Shown here piece after piece: positions 1-13,744 of a stretch of 64,000 nt of DNA (positions are counted from its first letter, which is position 1; each line of letters begins with the position of its first letter). A model generated the notes under the pieces. The model saw nothing but the letters and a program-made list of their open reading frames with translations, was not told where the DNA came from and ran no database searches. Source of the DNA: the human T2T-CHM13v2.0 reference genome, Homo sapiens; assembly GCF_009914755.1 (NCBI RefSeq), contig NC_060933.1; one strand, 5' to 3'. The position numbers were made by a program, and so were the translations under genes.

Positions 1-2448
1 TTGTACCGGATATTCTTTGAATATCTACTAGAATTCAGCTGTGAATCCATCTAGTCCTTGGCATTTTTTTTTGGTAGGCTATTTATTACTGATTCAGTTT
101 TGAAGCTCATTATTGGTCTGTTCAAGGATCAATTTCTTCCTGCTTCCATCTTGGGTGGATGTATGTGTCCAGGAATTTATCAATTTTTCCTACATTTTCT
201 AGTTTGTGTACATAGAGGTGTTTAAAGTAGTTTACGGTGGTTATTTTTTTTTTCTGTGGGATCAGTGGTAACATCTTCTTTGTCATTTCTGATAGTATTT
301 ATTTGGAGCTTCTCCTTTTCTTAAAAGTCTAGGTATCCATATATCTATTTATTGATTTTTTCAATGATCCAACTCTTGGATTTGTTCATCTTTTTATTTT
401 TTTTTTTATGTCTCGAACGCCTTCATATCAGCTCTGATTTTTGTTATTTCTTTTCTTCTGCTAGTTTTGAGGTTTGTTTGCTTTTGCTCCTCTGGTACTT
501 CTAGTTGTAATGCTGGGTTTTTAGTTTGATATCTATCATTTTGATGTGAGCATTTAGGACTACAAATATCCCTCTGAATACCACTTTAGCTGTGTCCCAG
601 AGATTCTTGCTTGTTTTATCTTTTTGTTATTTTCAAAGAATGTCTTGATTTCTTCCTTAATTTTATTGTTCACCCAAAAGTCACTTAGGAGCAGGTTGTT
701 TAATTTCCATGTAATTGTATGGTTTTGAGTGATTTTCTTTGTACTGAATTCTGTTTTTATTGCACTGGTTTTTTTTTTTGTTTTTTTATTATTATTATTA
801 TACTTTAAGTTTTAGGGTACATGTGCACAATGTGCAGGTTAGTTACATATGTATACATGTGCCATGCTGGTGTGCTGCACCCATTAACTCGTCATTTAGC
901 ATTAGGTATATCTCCTAATGCTATCCCTGCCCCCTCCCCCTGCCCCACAACAGGCCCCAGTGCGTGATGTTCCCCTTCCTGTGTCCATGAGTTCTCATTG
1001 TTCAATTCCCATCTATGAGTGAGAACATGCGGTGTTTGGGTTTTTGTCCTTGCAATAGTTTACTGAGAATGACGATTTCCAATTTCATCCATGTCCCTAT
1101 AAAGGACATGACCTCATTATTTTTTATGGCTGCATAGTATTCCATGGTGTATATGTGCCACATTTTTTATTGCACTGTTGTCTGAGAGTGTCGTTTGTAT
1201 GATTTCAGTGTTTTTTTTTTTAAATTTGCTGAAGATTGGTTTATGTCTGATTGTGTGTTCCATTTTACAGTATGTGTCATGTGGTAATGAGAAGAAAGTA
1301 TATTTTGTCATTTTTGGATAGAGCGTTCTGTAGAAGTCTATTAGGTCCATTTGATCAAGTATTGAGTTCAAGTTCTGAATATCTTCATTAATTTTCTTCC
1401 TTAATGATCTGTCTAATACTGTTAGTAGGGTGTTGAAGTCTTCCACTATTATTTTGTAGAAATCTAAGTCTCTTTGTAGGTCTCTAAGAACTTGTTTTAC
1501 AAATCTATGTGCTCCTGTGTTGGGTGCATGTATATTTAGGATAATTAGGTCTTTTTGTTTAATTCAACCTTTTACCATTATGTAATGACCTTCCTTGTGT
1601 TTGTTGAGTTTTGTTGGTTCAAAGTGTGTTTTGTCTGAAATTAGGATTGCCACCTCTGCTTTTTTATGTTCTCCTTTCGCATGGTAGATTTTTTTTCCAT
1701 CCATTCATTTTGAGCCTATGGGTGTCATTGCATGTAGGATGGGGCTCTTAAATTCAGTATACCATTGGGTCTTTTTCTTTATCCAGCTTGCCACTCTGCC
1801 TTTTCTTTGAGGCATTTAGGCCATTTACATTCAAAGTTATTATTGATATATGTGGATTTGATCCTCTCATCCTGTTCTTAGCTGATTATTATGCAGACTG
1901 GTTTGTGTGGTTGCTTTATAGTGTCACTGGTCTGTGTACTTAAAGGTGTTTTTGTAGTGGCTGATAACAGTCTTTCCTTTCCATATTTACTACTCCTTTC
2001 AGGAACTCTTGTAAGGCAGTCTGGTGGTAATGAATTCCCTCTGAATGTGTTTGTTTGAAAAGATCTTATTTCTCCTTCACTTATGAAGCTTAGTTTGGCT
2101 CCATCTGAAATTCTTGGATGAAGATTTTTTTTCTTTAATAATGTTGAATATAGACCCCCAATCTCTTCTGGCTTGTAGGATTTCTGCTGAAATTTCTGCT
2201 TTTAGCCTGATGGGGTGCCCCTTGTAGGTGATCTGCCTTTTTTCGTTAGCTTACTTTATCACTTTTTCATTCATTTTGGCCTTGGAGAATCTGATGATTA
2301 TGTGTCTTGGGGATGGACTTCTTTTTTAGCATCCTGTAAAGGTTCTCTATATTCTTTGAATTTGAATGTTGGCCTTTCTAGAGAGGTTGACGAAGTTTTC
2401 ATAGATGATATCCTGAAATATGTTTTCTAAGTTGGTTGCTTTCTCCCC
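1..2448 (-). mobile_element. Old L1 (L1PA13-16/L1PB-like): C-terminal half of ORF1 and 5' part of ORF2, decayed
   Basis: ORF 1117..1446(-) gives DFNTLLTVLDRSLRKKIN..LDQMDLIDFYRTLYP (ORF2 endonuclease); 2400-2448 reverse reads ATNLENIFQDIIYENF (ORF1). Confidence 0.9.
768..1163 (-). mobile_element. 5'-truncated young L1PA (about L1PA3-4) 3' end nested in the older L1
   Basis: Poly-T, then TTATACTTTAAGTTTTAGGGTACATGTGCACAATGTGCAGG and CCCATTAACTCGTCATTTAGC; TSD TTTTTATTGCACTG at 754-767 and 1164-1177. Confidence 0.93.
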
Positions 2449-4155
2449 ATGCGTACAGCACACCACAGCCACCATTTAGAGAAAAGCCCCATTTCTTGCT
2501 GCTATGGGCCCTTGACCCCCTGTTCCCCAACAAGCAGAGCCTCTAGCTCAGGCAAGCAGTGCAGCTGCTTCACCCTCTGGCTGAACACTCCCAGTAGCAG
2601 CAGCTCCACATTTCTCAGAGATGGAGCTCCCAGGGGCAACCAAAAGTCCCTCTGCCACTGCCTCTCCAGTTTAACTTCCCTGTTTACCCTTGAACTAGGG
2701 AAGGAGCAAAGACTCCGAGTGCTTTATCCCGCAAGTTGTAGTTGCTCTAATGAGAGGAGGCCAGTCTGTCTCCCACGGGTCCTACCCACATTCTCTGCTA
2801 GTCACCAGACAGGATCCCCCCAGCGTGGGCTCACAGTGCAGCTGCCCCATGCCAGGCTGATCATGCTAATTGATTGCAGTTCTGCATCTTTCTGCAATGG
2901 AGCCCCAAGTGACAAGAAAAGACGTTGAGCCACAGGGTCTCCTCTGCTGCTTCCAAGCTGGGGAAGTAACATAAAGCCTATGATCATTTCAGAACTATGG
3001 TGTGCAACCTGGATGCACCAAGCCAAGATCTGCAGTGAGCACTCAAGTGGGAGAGGAGCCTACACTGACTTTCAAAACATTGAGAGGAAGCATAGCTGCA
3101 ACCCATGAGGAAATACGGAGGAGCCACATGACTGAGCAGGAGCCTACACAGTGACCATTACACTTCAGCACCAGCTACTAGATCACACCCCAAAACTTCA
3201 ACACCAATAATACTTTGCTATCATACCCTGCTGTGAAAAGAAAGACAAGAATTTAGCTACAAATAAAGGCCCTAAACAAAGCCTTAGGACTCTGAAAACA
3301 TGGAAAGAAGTCTACTGACTGTACTCAATTTACACTGCAATTAAAGGAACACCCACACACACACACACACACAGATGAGAAAGAACCTATGCAAGATCTC
3401 TGGCAACTCAAAAGGCCAGCATGTCTTCTTTCCTCCCAAAGATCACACTGGTTCCCCAGCAAGGGTTCTTAACTAGGCTGAGATGGCTGAAATGACATAA
3501 ATTGATTTCAGAATATAGATAGGAACAAAGATCATTGAAATTCAGGGGAACATCGAAACCTAATTCAAGGAAGCTAAGTGTATTAGTCTGTTATCACCCT
3601 GCTATAAAGAACTTCTGAGACTGGGTAATTTATAAAGGAAAAAGATTTAATTGACTCATAGTTCTGAATTGCTGGGGAGGCCTCAGAAAACTTATAATCA
3701 TAGCTGAAGGTGAAGGAGAAGCAAGTAACTTCTTCACAGGGTGGCAGAAGAGAGAGAGAGTGAAGGGGGACGGTCACTTTTAAACCATCAGATCTCATGA
3801 GAACTCACTCACTATCATGAGAACAGCACGGGGGAACCACCCCCATGATCCAATCACCTCCCACCAGGTTCCTCTCTCAACACATGGGGATTACAGTTCC
3901 AGATAAGATTTGAATGGGAACACAGAGCCAAACCATATCACTAAGGAACAAACACAAAAAATAATTCAGGTGCTGATCGGTGAAATAGCCAGTATAAAAC
4001 AGAACCAAATTGACTGGCTAGAGTTGGAAAACACACCACAAGAATTTCATAATGCAATCACAAGTATTAACAACAGAATGGACCAAGTTGAGGAAAGGAC
4101 CTCAGAGCTTGAAAACTGGCTCTCAGGAATAAGACAGTCGGGCAAAAATAAATAA
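2449..4155 (+). mobile_element. Inverted 5' segment of an old L1 (5'UTR plus ORF1 N-terminus)
   Basis: ATGAGAAAGAAC ORF1 start near 3375; ORF 3910..4155 gives the ORF1 coiled coil (LELENTPQEFHNAITSINNRMDQVEERTSELE). Confidence 0.8.
3579..3940 (-). mobile_element. MaLR solo LTR (THE1/MSTA-type) inserted in L1 ORF1
   Basis: TGTATTAGTC...CCAAACCATATCA termini; 5 bp TSD CTAAG on both sides. Confidence 0.9.
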
Positions 4156-4164
4156 AATTTTACA

Positions 4165-4335
4165 GAGCTCATTGTATTAGATTAGGTACACTTGGATAAT
4201 CTTCCTGTTTTCACATCAACTGATTATTAACATTAATTACATCTGCGCAATCCATTTTGCCATGTAATACAATATAATCATCAAAGTAACACTGGGAGGC
4301 TAAGGTCATGACCATCTAATATTCTGTATACCACA
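4165..4335 (-). mobile_element. MLT-type LTR fragment
   Basis: ATTAATTACATCTGC..TTTTGCCATGTAA..ATTCTGTATACCACA resembles an MLT1 end. Confidence 0.5.
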
Positions 4336-5504
4336 CAATTGTATTGCTTTCTGAGGTCATTGAACACTTTCAGAATTCATGAAAGTTGGATACTCACTAT
4401 AAATAAGATAGATATGGCTAGCAAGAAGAAAAATATAGGGATTCTATACTTAAAAGATACAGCTATTTCCATTTATATAATTGTCACAATAAAAATTTAA
4501 ATGTGAATAAGTGAATAGCAAGTATAGAAAGTTTAGCAAAATAATGAGAATTAGATATATAAATGAATTTTTAAGATAGTCTCAGAAAAAGTGTAATATT
4601 TGTCATTTATCCTGAAATGTCAAAAATTTTCCTAAGCAGAACTACTCACCACCAATTTCTCAGTTTCATCCCTGAAAAAAAAATCATTCAAGTGGATTTA
4701 TTTTGGCAAAGTGAAACTGTGAATTGCTTGGCTCCAGAACAGCTGCCCATACTCAGCAGGACTGCATTCCCACACTCCATTCACCCTTACCCCATCCCTT
4801 CCAGGAACACTTGGACTAGGATCCAGCTCTAGATCTGCAAGAAGTTGTGTTCCAGCTCTTAAATCATTAGTAGGACCAGATTTTACTCAAAAAACTATTC
4901 TAGCATTTGAAATTATTTCCACTGCTTTGTTGCTTACACTGAAATCGTCCCTCAAAAAATATAAGAAATAGAATATGAGCCCTGCTTATTCTTTAGGACA
5001 AAATTTAGGATGGTGTATCTAATAAATGGATTGTAATTAGGAAGATGGTTTTACATTTGTCCCTAGATTCTTCTGTTTTTCTCAGGCCTCTATGAATCTT
5101 TCTCTCTGAGAGATCCCGACTTGCTGAGAGCAAGAACTATTGAAAGGAAATGAAGTAAATAACTGATGGTTGCCCATGGCAATTAGGAAAATAAAGAGCA
5201 AACTTCCCTCTTTGAATATTACTTAGTGTCAAGACTTAATTATACTCATTGACTATACAAGTCTAAATATTTGGGCACTTATATTTTTGTATTTGGGCAT
5301 ATGATATTACAAAATAATTTTGAGAGCTAAGAGACATACGTATGTATTTTAGAACTCCAATAGCAGTAACTTTCTCAGTAGCATATAGTTTTCCAATCTG
5401 TTGGAAAAAGCTTGGCTTCAACTAGGAGAGATAAGTAATAGAGCTAGAGTTTCAATTCTGTTCAATATGAATAATAATATTTCACCAGTAGAAATTAAAT
5501 ATGT

Positions 5505-6668
5505 ATAATCATGTGACAGTAATACTGATATGATCTGAGAAATGCATTATTAGGCAATTTTGTCATTATGCAAACATCATAGATGTTTACAAAACCTTGA
5601 CAACATAGTCTGCTACATATCTAGGCTATATGAGATATAGCCTATTGCTCCTAGGCTACACACCTGTACAGCGTGTGACTATACTGAACATGTAGGCAAT
5701 TGTAACATAACGGCAAGTATTTGTGTATTTAAACGTATCTAAACATAGAATAGGTATAGTAAAAGTACAGCGTAAAAGATGGAAAATGTTACGTCTATAT
5801 TGGGAACTTACCATAAATGGAGCTTGAAGACTAAAAGTTACTCTGGATAAGTCAGTGAGTGAATGGCGAGTGAATGTGAAACCCTAGGACATTACTGTAT
5901 ATGACTGTGGATTTTATAAAAATGATACACTTAAGGACCATGAAATCAACATTATCTTACTATACCTTTTAATCTAATATATTTTAACGCTTTTATATGT
6001 TTCAACGCTTTGATTTTTTATAATAACATTTAGCTTACAACACAAACACATTGTGCAGCTATACAAAAATATCATCTTTTATAGCTCTGTTGTATAAGAT
6101 TTTTTCCTTTTTCAGCTTTGTACACCTTTTTGTTAAAAAGTAAAATGCAAACACACACATTAGCCTAGGCCTACACACGATCAGGATCATCGATATAATT
6201 GTGTTTTACCTTCACACCTCATCCCACTGGAAGGTCTTCAGGGGCAATAACATGCATGGACCTGTAGTCTGCTGTGATAACAATGCCTTCTTCTAAAATA
6301 TCTCCTGAAGGACCTGCCTGAGACAGTCTTACAGATAATTTTTTTTAATAAATAAGAGTATACCCTAAGATAACATTAAATAGTAAAGTATATACATAAA
6401 TGAGTAACATAGTAATTTATTATCATTATCAAGTATTATGTGTTGTACATAATTATATGCACTATTCTTGTCTATGATTGGCAGCACGATAGGTTTGTTT
6501 ATATCAGCATCACCAAATGCACTTGAGTAATGCATTGAGCTTTGAAGTTATAATGGCTATTATGTCACTACATGGAAGATATTTTTCAGCTCCATTAGAA
6601 TCTTATGGGACCACTATTTTAAATGCAGTCTGTCATTGACCAAAGCATTATTATGTGGGGCATGACTG
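5505..6668 (-). mobile_element. Tigger3b-like DNA transposon, near full length
   Basis: Ends AATCTTATGGGACCAC..GTCATTGACCAAAGC..GCATGACTG|TA; internal TTGCTCCTAGGCTACA and CCCACTGGAAGGTCTTCAGGGGCAATAAC. Confidence 0.85.
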
Positions 6669-7734
6669 TAAACGTTTCAAAGAAATTGGTTTTCCCTTTC
6701 ATTCTATTACTGTTCCACCACTAGCTGTTTTGTACGTTTCTCTTTCTGTGCTGTTCCTTAAATGTAGAACTCCTCTAAATGTATTTCTTTTATTTATCCT
6801 GTCCCAGAACAATCTCATTAACATTCCTTGGAAATGTTTCCTCTCATCAGGAATGCTTTTCTGAGGCCTGTACCTGAATGACCATTTGTCCCCATTAAGA
6901 CTCATTTGGGGGCAAGTAACATAAATGGAAAAAAAAAGTAGACTAAAGTAACTAAGCCCAAGGGTAGTATGATTTAAGCTAAAGGTGATTTCAGGCTCCA
7001 AGTAAAGTAATCAGGGTTCAGCTTATCTCCATTTGTTATCTCTTCTTCTAGTGGGTTGGACCCATTTTCAAAGAATCCCTTCCCTTACATAGCAGTCCAT
7101 ATAGAATCTCACTTCAAATACAGTTTAAAGAAAAAAAAAATTATCTTCAAAGGCAAAAGCAAAGTCTGGAACCAGATTTCCATTGACCCAGCCTGGATGC
7201 TGGTATTGGATGCTCTATTACGCTTAAGTGAGATAAATAGCCATTTCTGGCCCTCTTTTTATTTGTTTACAATGCCCCACTTTGGAGAAATGCTGGAGTG
7301 CATTTAAGAAGGTTCTATTCATGAATAGAAGAATCTCAGTTGTATAGAAAATGATTTATTTGAAATTACCTGCTATAAAAACTTCCCAGGCTCATTGCTT
7401 TTTGGATCAACTCTGTCTCTTCTACTTCCTTGTACTGCTGTCTGGAAGAACCCTGGCTCACAATGGTGCAGAACTTTTTATCCTGATATCTGAAGTAAAT
7501 TGATCTGAGTTTATATTAGGTTGGATCTTAGTGCCCATATTATCTACTGGGAGTTTCCCAGCCTGGTATGATGGAGCTTAGAAGAGAGTAAATTAGCTTT
7601 TACAAGTCAGTCTCTCAATATTTATTTAGTGAGTGAGTGGACAAATGAATGAATATTTCTTGGAGGTATTATTCATTTTGTGTTCCCTTCATACTTCAAA
7701 TTATTTTTTACCTTTAGTAAGAAATGGATACTGA

Positions 7735-8062
7735 CATGGCTTTAATGAATCTCCTCCAAAATTCAAGTGTTGCCAGTGTGATAGTCCTAAGAGGTCAGGC
7801 CTTTAAGAGGTGTTTAGGCCATGAGAGATCCTCTCTCATGAATGGGATGAGGTGATCTTATAAAGGGTCTTGACAGAGAGAGTTGGTTCTCTCTTGCCCC
7901 TTCCACCTTCCACCATGTGAGGATGCATCAAGAAGACCTCAGAGCCTGGTATCTTGATCTTGGACTTCCTAGCCACCAGAATGGTAAGAAGTAAATTTCT
8001 GTTCTTTATAAATTACTCAATCTATGGTATTCTGTTTTAGAAGCACAAAATGGTCTAAGACA
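7735..8062 (+). mobile_element. MaLR LTR (MST/MLT1A-like)
   Basis: CCTTTAAGAGGTG..GGCCATGAG..CCATGTGAGGA..TTGGACTTCC..CTAAGACA. Confidence 0.75.
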
Positions 8063-8484
8063 CATAATTTTACCCTTTCTAAATCCAAATTGAATGCAAT
8101 TTTATCATAAAGTTTTATCATTTCTCTAATAAAAATGTTTTTAAATTTTTTGAAAGTCCACAAATGCATATATATTTACATGCATATCTATATGAAGGTC
8201 CAACTTTGATTCTGCTTTGTTTTGGCTTTCTTTTTTGTATTACTTTTCTCCAAAGAGTAAAATACACACTTGTTTTATTCTCTTATTCCTACAGCACCTA
8301 ACATAATTCTTACTAAAAAATATTATTTAATGAAGAAAATTATTATATAATACATTTTGTTGATACATTATTTTCTACATATTATGTGTCAATTTTGTTC
8401 CTTACTATCCTCAGCTGGAATCCATTTGAAGAGACAGAACTGTATTGTGTAGATTCAAGCAATACATAGTAGGATACCATACAT

Positions 8485-8862
8485 ACTGTAGGGTTTGGCT
8501 CTGTGTCCCCACCCAAATATCACCTTGAATTGTAATCTCCATAATCCTCATGTGTCAAGAGCAGGACCAGATGGAAGTAAGTAGATCATGAAGGTGGTTT
8601 CCCCCATGCTGTTCTCATTATAGTGAGCGAGTTATCTTGAGATTTGATGGTTTTATAAGCATCTGACATTTCCCCTGGTAGCACTCATTGAGTCTTGCCA
8701 CCCTGTGAAGAAGGTACCTGCTTCTCTTGCATTCTGCCATGATTGTAAGTTTTCTGAGGCCTTCCCAGAACTGTGAGTCAATTAAACCTATTTTCTTTAT
8801 AGATTACTCAGTCTCCAGTCTTGGGTATGTCTTCATGGCAGTGTGAGAATGAACTAATACTC
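8485..8862 (+). mobile_element. THE1-type MaLR LTR
   Basis: GGTTTGGCTCTGTGTCCCCACCCAAAT..CTGTGAGTCAATTAAACC..ACTAATAC. Confidence 0.85.
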
Positions 8863-10947
8863 ATATAATGGATACTAACAAGTAAATCTTTATTTACCAC
8901 TTATTAGAAGCTTGACTTAACCAATTATCAAATTTTATATAAGCTTTAATGTTATTGGGAAATATCCTTTTCCTGTAAAAATAAATGAGATTACCTACCT
9001 GAAGTACCTTAGGCCTTTCTAATATTTTCAATTTTCATTAAATGTTTATTTTTATGTATCTATAGATATCTTGAATATGTATTGTAAATATTATATGTAT
9101 GTAGAATATATGTATTCTAGTATTTCTTCCAGATAGCACTTAAAAACCAGTGTTTGCATTTTTGCATGTGAGCAAGCAATTCCTACTTACAATGATGGAA
9201 GAAATAGATACCCTGGAAGAAGGAAAATTAAATTCATGCTTTCAAAGCATCCTTCCCAACAAATCCAATTCATCTTTTGCACAGAAGGAATAATTAGATG
9301 AAGATATATTTTAAGTCAGATTGTTAGTATTTTGGCCACATGGCTACATCATAAGTGTAGTTTAAAATTCTGTTCATTTTTATTTTTTTAAATCAAAACA
9401 CTCATTGAACTGTACTTAATTTTTAAATGCAAAATACATAAAACTCTTGCATTTCTTGGAAATAAATTCTCTTTATTCTACTAATAAATAAACATTGTTA
9501 CCACCATTGAGGCAAATGACAGAAATTCTTACAATTGATTATCCTATATGGGTATGAAAACTTTAACATGCTCCTCTAAGTAACTGAATACTACAGAGTG
9601 ATTTTGGATCAATGTGGCCTTATTTTGAATATAACATACAAAATCATTGAGTGTTTTATGATTTATCTTCATTTTAACTCAAGCTTTGGGATATATGAAG
9701 ACAGAAGATAAATCAAAATGTGTCACGTATTATATTTTCTGAAGTTATTAACATATATCTAGCAAAAGGTAAAATAGCACAGATATACCAACCAAATTTT
9801 CATGTGAAGAAAATATTTTATATAAATAATGTTTCTTCTTTTATATGAAATCACTGCAAAAATGAGAAAGCTACTTTTTATATTCCCCAATGAATATTCC
9901 CCAGTCCTGTGATTCCAAGTTCAGTAAAATTTAGAAAATCATGGCCAAGAAATTTAGTAGACCGAATGTACCTTCACTTTCTGGAATGTACTTGTAACCC
10001 TACATTCACAGTTAGAAATTTGCTTGAATGAAAAAGTGTTCAAAGTAATTATTATCTTGTATTTGGCTTCTCTGGGTACCTGTTTGGCTTTTATTTCTAA
10101 ATAAAAAAAACAAAACATGCACAATGTAAATATTTTTAGTTTGTAAAATTTTCTTTCCAATTACATATTTTGAGATGTTGTATATACTGTAAACATTTTG
10201 AAGTAATTTTGCCCAAATTAAGAAAAAAAATTCATTCATCTTTTTATCTTATTTTTATTTTGGTTCACTTTTCATCTGGGTATTAATATGGATGTTGCAG
10301 AAAGAATAGCTCCTATAAATGATAGGTTGCTGTATGGATATGCAACAAAACCATCTTTATTTTACAGAAAGGTCTCATTACTCTAAAAGAAGGCCAGTGA
10401 AGAAATTTATATTGACCTTTTGGCATGACCTTTCTAAACCAACTGTTCCCTAGTACCTAAACTAGTGAGTTTACTGCATAGAGACACCCAAAGGAGTAAA
10501 ACATGAAGTGGGAGACTTTGGCCCTATTAGAAACCTTAGGGCCAGGTTCTGTTCCTTATCACCTATGAGATTTCCCTTGTTAATGATGCTGAGTTGGGCA
10601 TATTTATTTTTTAGCCATTTCATCAACAAGTTTTGCTTATGACTAAGGATGTCATTTCTTGTTCCCATCACATGGTGTTTTAGGACATTCCTGCTGCTTT
10701 AACAAAATATCTTACTTAGAGTAATTCATAATTTATAAAAATTCCTTATACATTCTTTATAGATTCTGACAATTCCATAAGTGTCATGAATTTCAGTAGG
10801 GAAGTGACTTTTCAAAGTGAGCTCTGGACAGGTAGCCATAAGTAAGACTACGGTGGCACGGATATGCTGTGCTTTGATCAGTTGTGTGGTATGCAATTTT
10901 TATTATAAATATCACTGAACTCCATATGACAAAAATTACTCATCAGC

Positions 10948-11221
10948 TTTTCTTTTTTTTTTTTGAGACGGAGTCTCGCTCTGTTGCCCAGGCTGGAGTG
11001 CAGTGGCGCGATCTCGGCTCACTGAAACCTCCGTCTCCCGGGTTCACGCCATTCTCCTGTCTCAGCCTCTCCGAGTAGCTGGGACTACAGGTGCCCGCCA
11101 CCACGCCCGGCTAATTTTTTTGTATTTTTAGTAGAGACGGGGTTTCGCCGTGTTAGCCAGGATGGTCTCGATCTCCTGACCTCGTGATCTGCCCGCCTCC
11201 GCCTCCCAAAGTGCTGGGATT
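10948..11221 (-). mobile_element. AluY-like, missing ~25 nt of its 5' end
   Basis: GGGTTCACGCCATTCTCC and GTGTTAGCCAGGATGGTCTCGATCTCC diagnostics; stops at GTGCTGGGATT. Confidence 0.92.
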
Positions 11222-11641
11222 AAATTAGATGTAAAATGTTGTTCAGGTTTATTAAATAAAGAAAGAAAAAGATTGTTAACTAGATGTCTTATTTTGTTTT
11301 TCTCTGACAACAGCTGTCTTGTAAATTGGTATATTTAGATCATGCACATTTAAAGTAATTATTGGGTGGTAAAAAAGTTGGGCTGGTATTTATTATGTTT
11401 GTAACTATTTTCTATTCATATCATTTATTCTTTGCCTCCCAACAATCACTCTTTTTCTTATTTCTATTGTTTTAATTGACACTTAAAATAATCCCATTAC
11501 ATTTCCTCTCCTAGCATGTCAGTTATACTTTAGAACAGTTTTAGTGATTTGTGTGAGTTTGCAATACACATTTTTAACTAATCTCAATCTACCTTTAAAT
11601 AAGACTTTGAATAACTCAACACAAATAACACTTTACAAGAG

Positions 11642-11998
11642 TGTTACAGACTCAATATTTGTATTCCCCTATTCCCCCAAAATGTGTATGTTGAAACCTA
11701 ATCCCTATGGTAAGAGTATTTGGAGATGGGTCTGTGGGAAGTGATTAGGTCATGAGGGCAAACTGTTATGGATAGAATTAGTGCCTTTACAAAAGAAACC
11801 CTAGAGAGCTAATTTGCTCTTCTGCCGTGTGAAATCCCAGTGACCCATCCTCTATGAACAAGCCCTTGCCAGACACTTAATATGCACATGGCTTGACCTG
11901 GGACTTCCCAGTCTCAGAACTGAAAACTGCATTTTTGTTGATTATAAGCCACCTAGTGTATGGTATCCTGTTATAAAAGCCTGAGCAAACTAAGATAC
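11642..11998 (+). mobile_element. MLT1A-like MaLR LTR
   Basis: TATGTTGAAACCTAATCCC..GGTCATGAGGG..TAAGCCACCTAGT..ACTAAGATA. Confidence 0.75.
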
Positions 11999-12366
11999 AA
12001 GTAATCCCAATTCCTACCATTATTTATGACACTACTGCCATTTAATGTATTCATTTATATACTATATTCATTCAATACATTGTTACAGTTATTCCTTTTA
12101 AACAAAATATTATCTTTTAGGTCAATTAAGAATAAGAAAATAAAACATTTTATTTTAGTTTCATTCATTCCTTCTATGATATTCTTCCTTTCTTTATATA
12201 GACCAATTTCTGACCTATACCCTTTTTCTTCTCCCTAGGAACTTCTTTGAACATTCCTTGCAAGGCATGTCTACTGACCATAAACTTTCTCAGTTTTTGT
12301 TTGTCTGAGAAGGTCTTTATTTCTTCTACACTATTGCAGGATAATTCTATTAGATATAGAAATGTA

Positions 12367-12641
12367 GGCCAGATGCGATGGCTCACACCTGTAATCCCAG
12401 CACTTTGGGAGGCCGAGGCAGATCACGAGGTCAGGAGATTGAGACCATCCTAGCTAATACAGTGAAATCCCGTCTCTACTAAAAATGCAAAAATAATTAG
12501 CCAGGTGTGATGGCATGCACCTGTAGTCCTAGCTACTCGGGAGGCTGAGGCAGGAGAAATTGCTTGCCCAGGAGGTGGGGGTTGCAGTGAGCCGAGATTA
12601 CACCACTGCACTCCAGTCTCCAAAAAAAAAAAAAAAGAAAA
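12367..12641 (+). mobile_element. Alu (Sc/Y-like)
   Basis: Alu dimer with A tail; TSD AGAAATGTAG. Confidence 0.9.
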
Positions 12642-13315
12642 GAAATGTAGATGGTGTGTGTGTCTCTGTGTGTTTCACTTTCAACACTTTAAGTATTTCC
12701 CCCCACTCTCTTCTTGCTTTCATCTAATGAAAAACCAACTGTAATTCTTAGCCTTATTTATTTACAGGTAAGTTTTCTTGTTTACCCTTGGCTCCTTTCA
12801 GTATGTCTCTCTGTCTTTGATTTTCTTTGGTTTAAAAAATATATACCTAAGTATAGATTTTTGACATTTATTCTGCTTGGTATTCTCTGCACTTGAATCT
12901 GTATTCAGTATCTGCTGTTAATTTTGGAAAATTCTTAGCCATTATTACTTTAAATATTTATTTGGATCTGTTCTTCCTTTCTTTACATTCTGGTATTCAG
13001 ATGTACCAGCTAATATTCTACTAGAAAGAAAATAAAATATAAAATTGAGTAAAATAAAACAAAATAAAATAAGGAGTAGCAACACAATGCATTAAATTCA
13101 ATGGAATGGATTAAATATGTTTTGATCTGTTAAAAAAATCAATCTGAACAATGATGTGGTTTACAGTTAGTATGCAATATAGAACTCTGAATTTAATTGT
13201 TTTTATTTTTCTACAGTGGTTTTACAGTAAAAATAATTTGAGTTTAAGTTTGGATTGTTACTTTTAAAAACAGAGCTAATTAGCATTGTTTATTACTTTC
13301 TCACCTTAATTTTCT

Positions 13316-13317
<2 letters not shown>

Positions 13318-13397
<80 letters not shown>
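13318..13397. repeat. Compound (TG)n(TA)n microsatellite
   Basis: Directly visible. Confidence 0.97.
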
Positions 13398-13400
<3 letters not shown>

Positions 13401-13744
13401 AGATTATAGATCTGTAATGCTTAGCATAAGTCCTGGTAAATTGCATCTATTCAATGAACATTTGTTCTCCCTTTAATTCCTGCAATCTAGATGGTGGTTC
13501 ATGGATATAGTTGCTCTCTAATTTTTTGAGCATATTAAGGACTTAAAAGCTAATGATGGTGTATTGTTATGTCAAGGCCAGCAGAGCATATCACTTTAAA
13601 AAACTGGCAATAGAAACTTCTCTTTAAAAATTGTAAAAGTAAGTAAAGTTTAGAAACCAACCAAGTACGAGCAATGCAATGTTAGCATCTCATTGGTTCA
13701 CACCAGTGAAAAGTATTTAAGAACAAAGAAATGGTATACTGTAC

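Larger units (their letters stand above)
11320..12990 (-). mobile_element. Ancient L1M fragments interrupted by an LTR and an Alu
   Basis: ORF 12174..12386(-) EIKTFSDKQKLRKFMVSRHALQGMFKEV is L1 ORF1 C-terminus-like. Confidence 0.6.
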
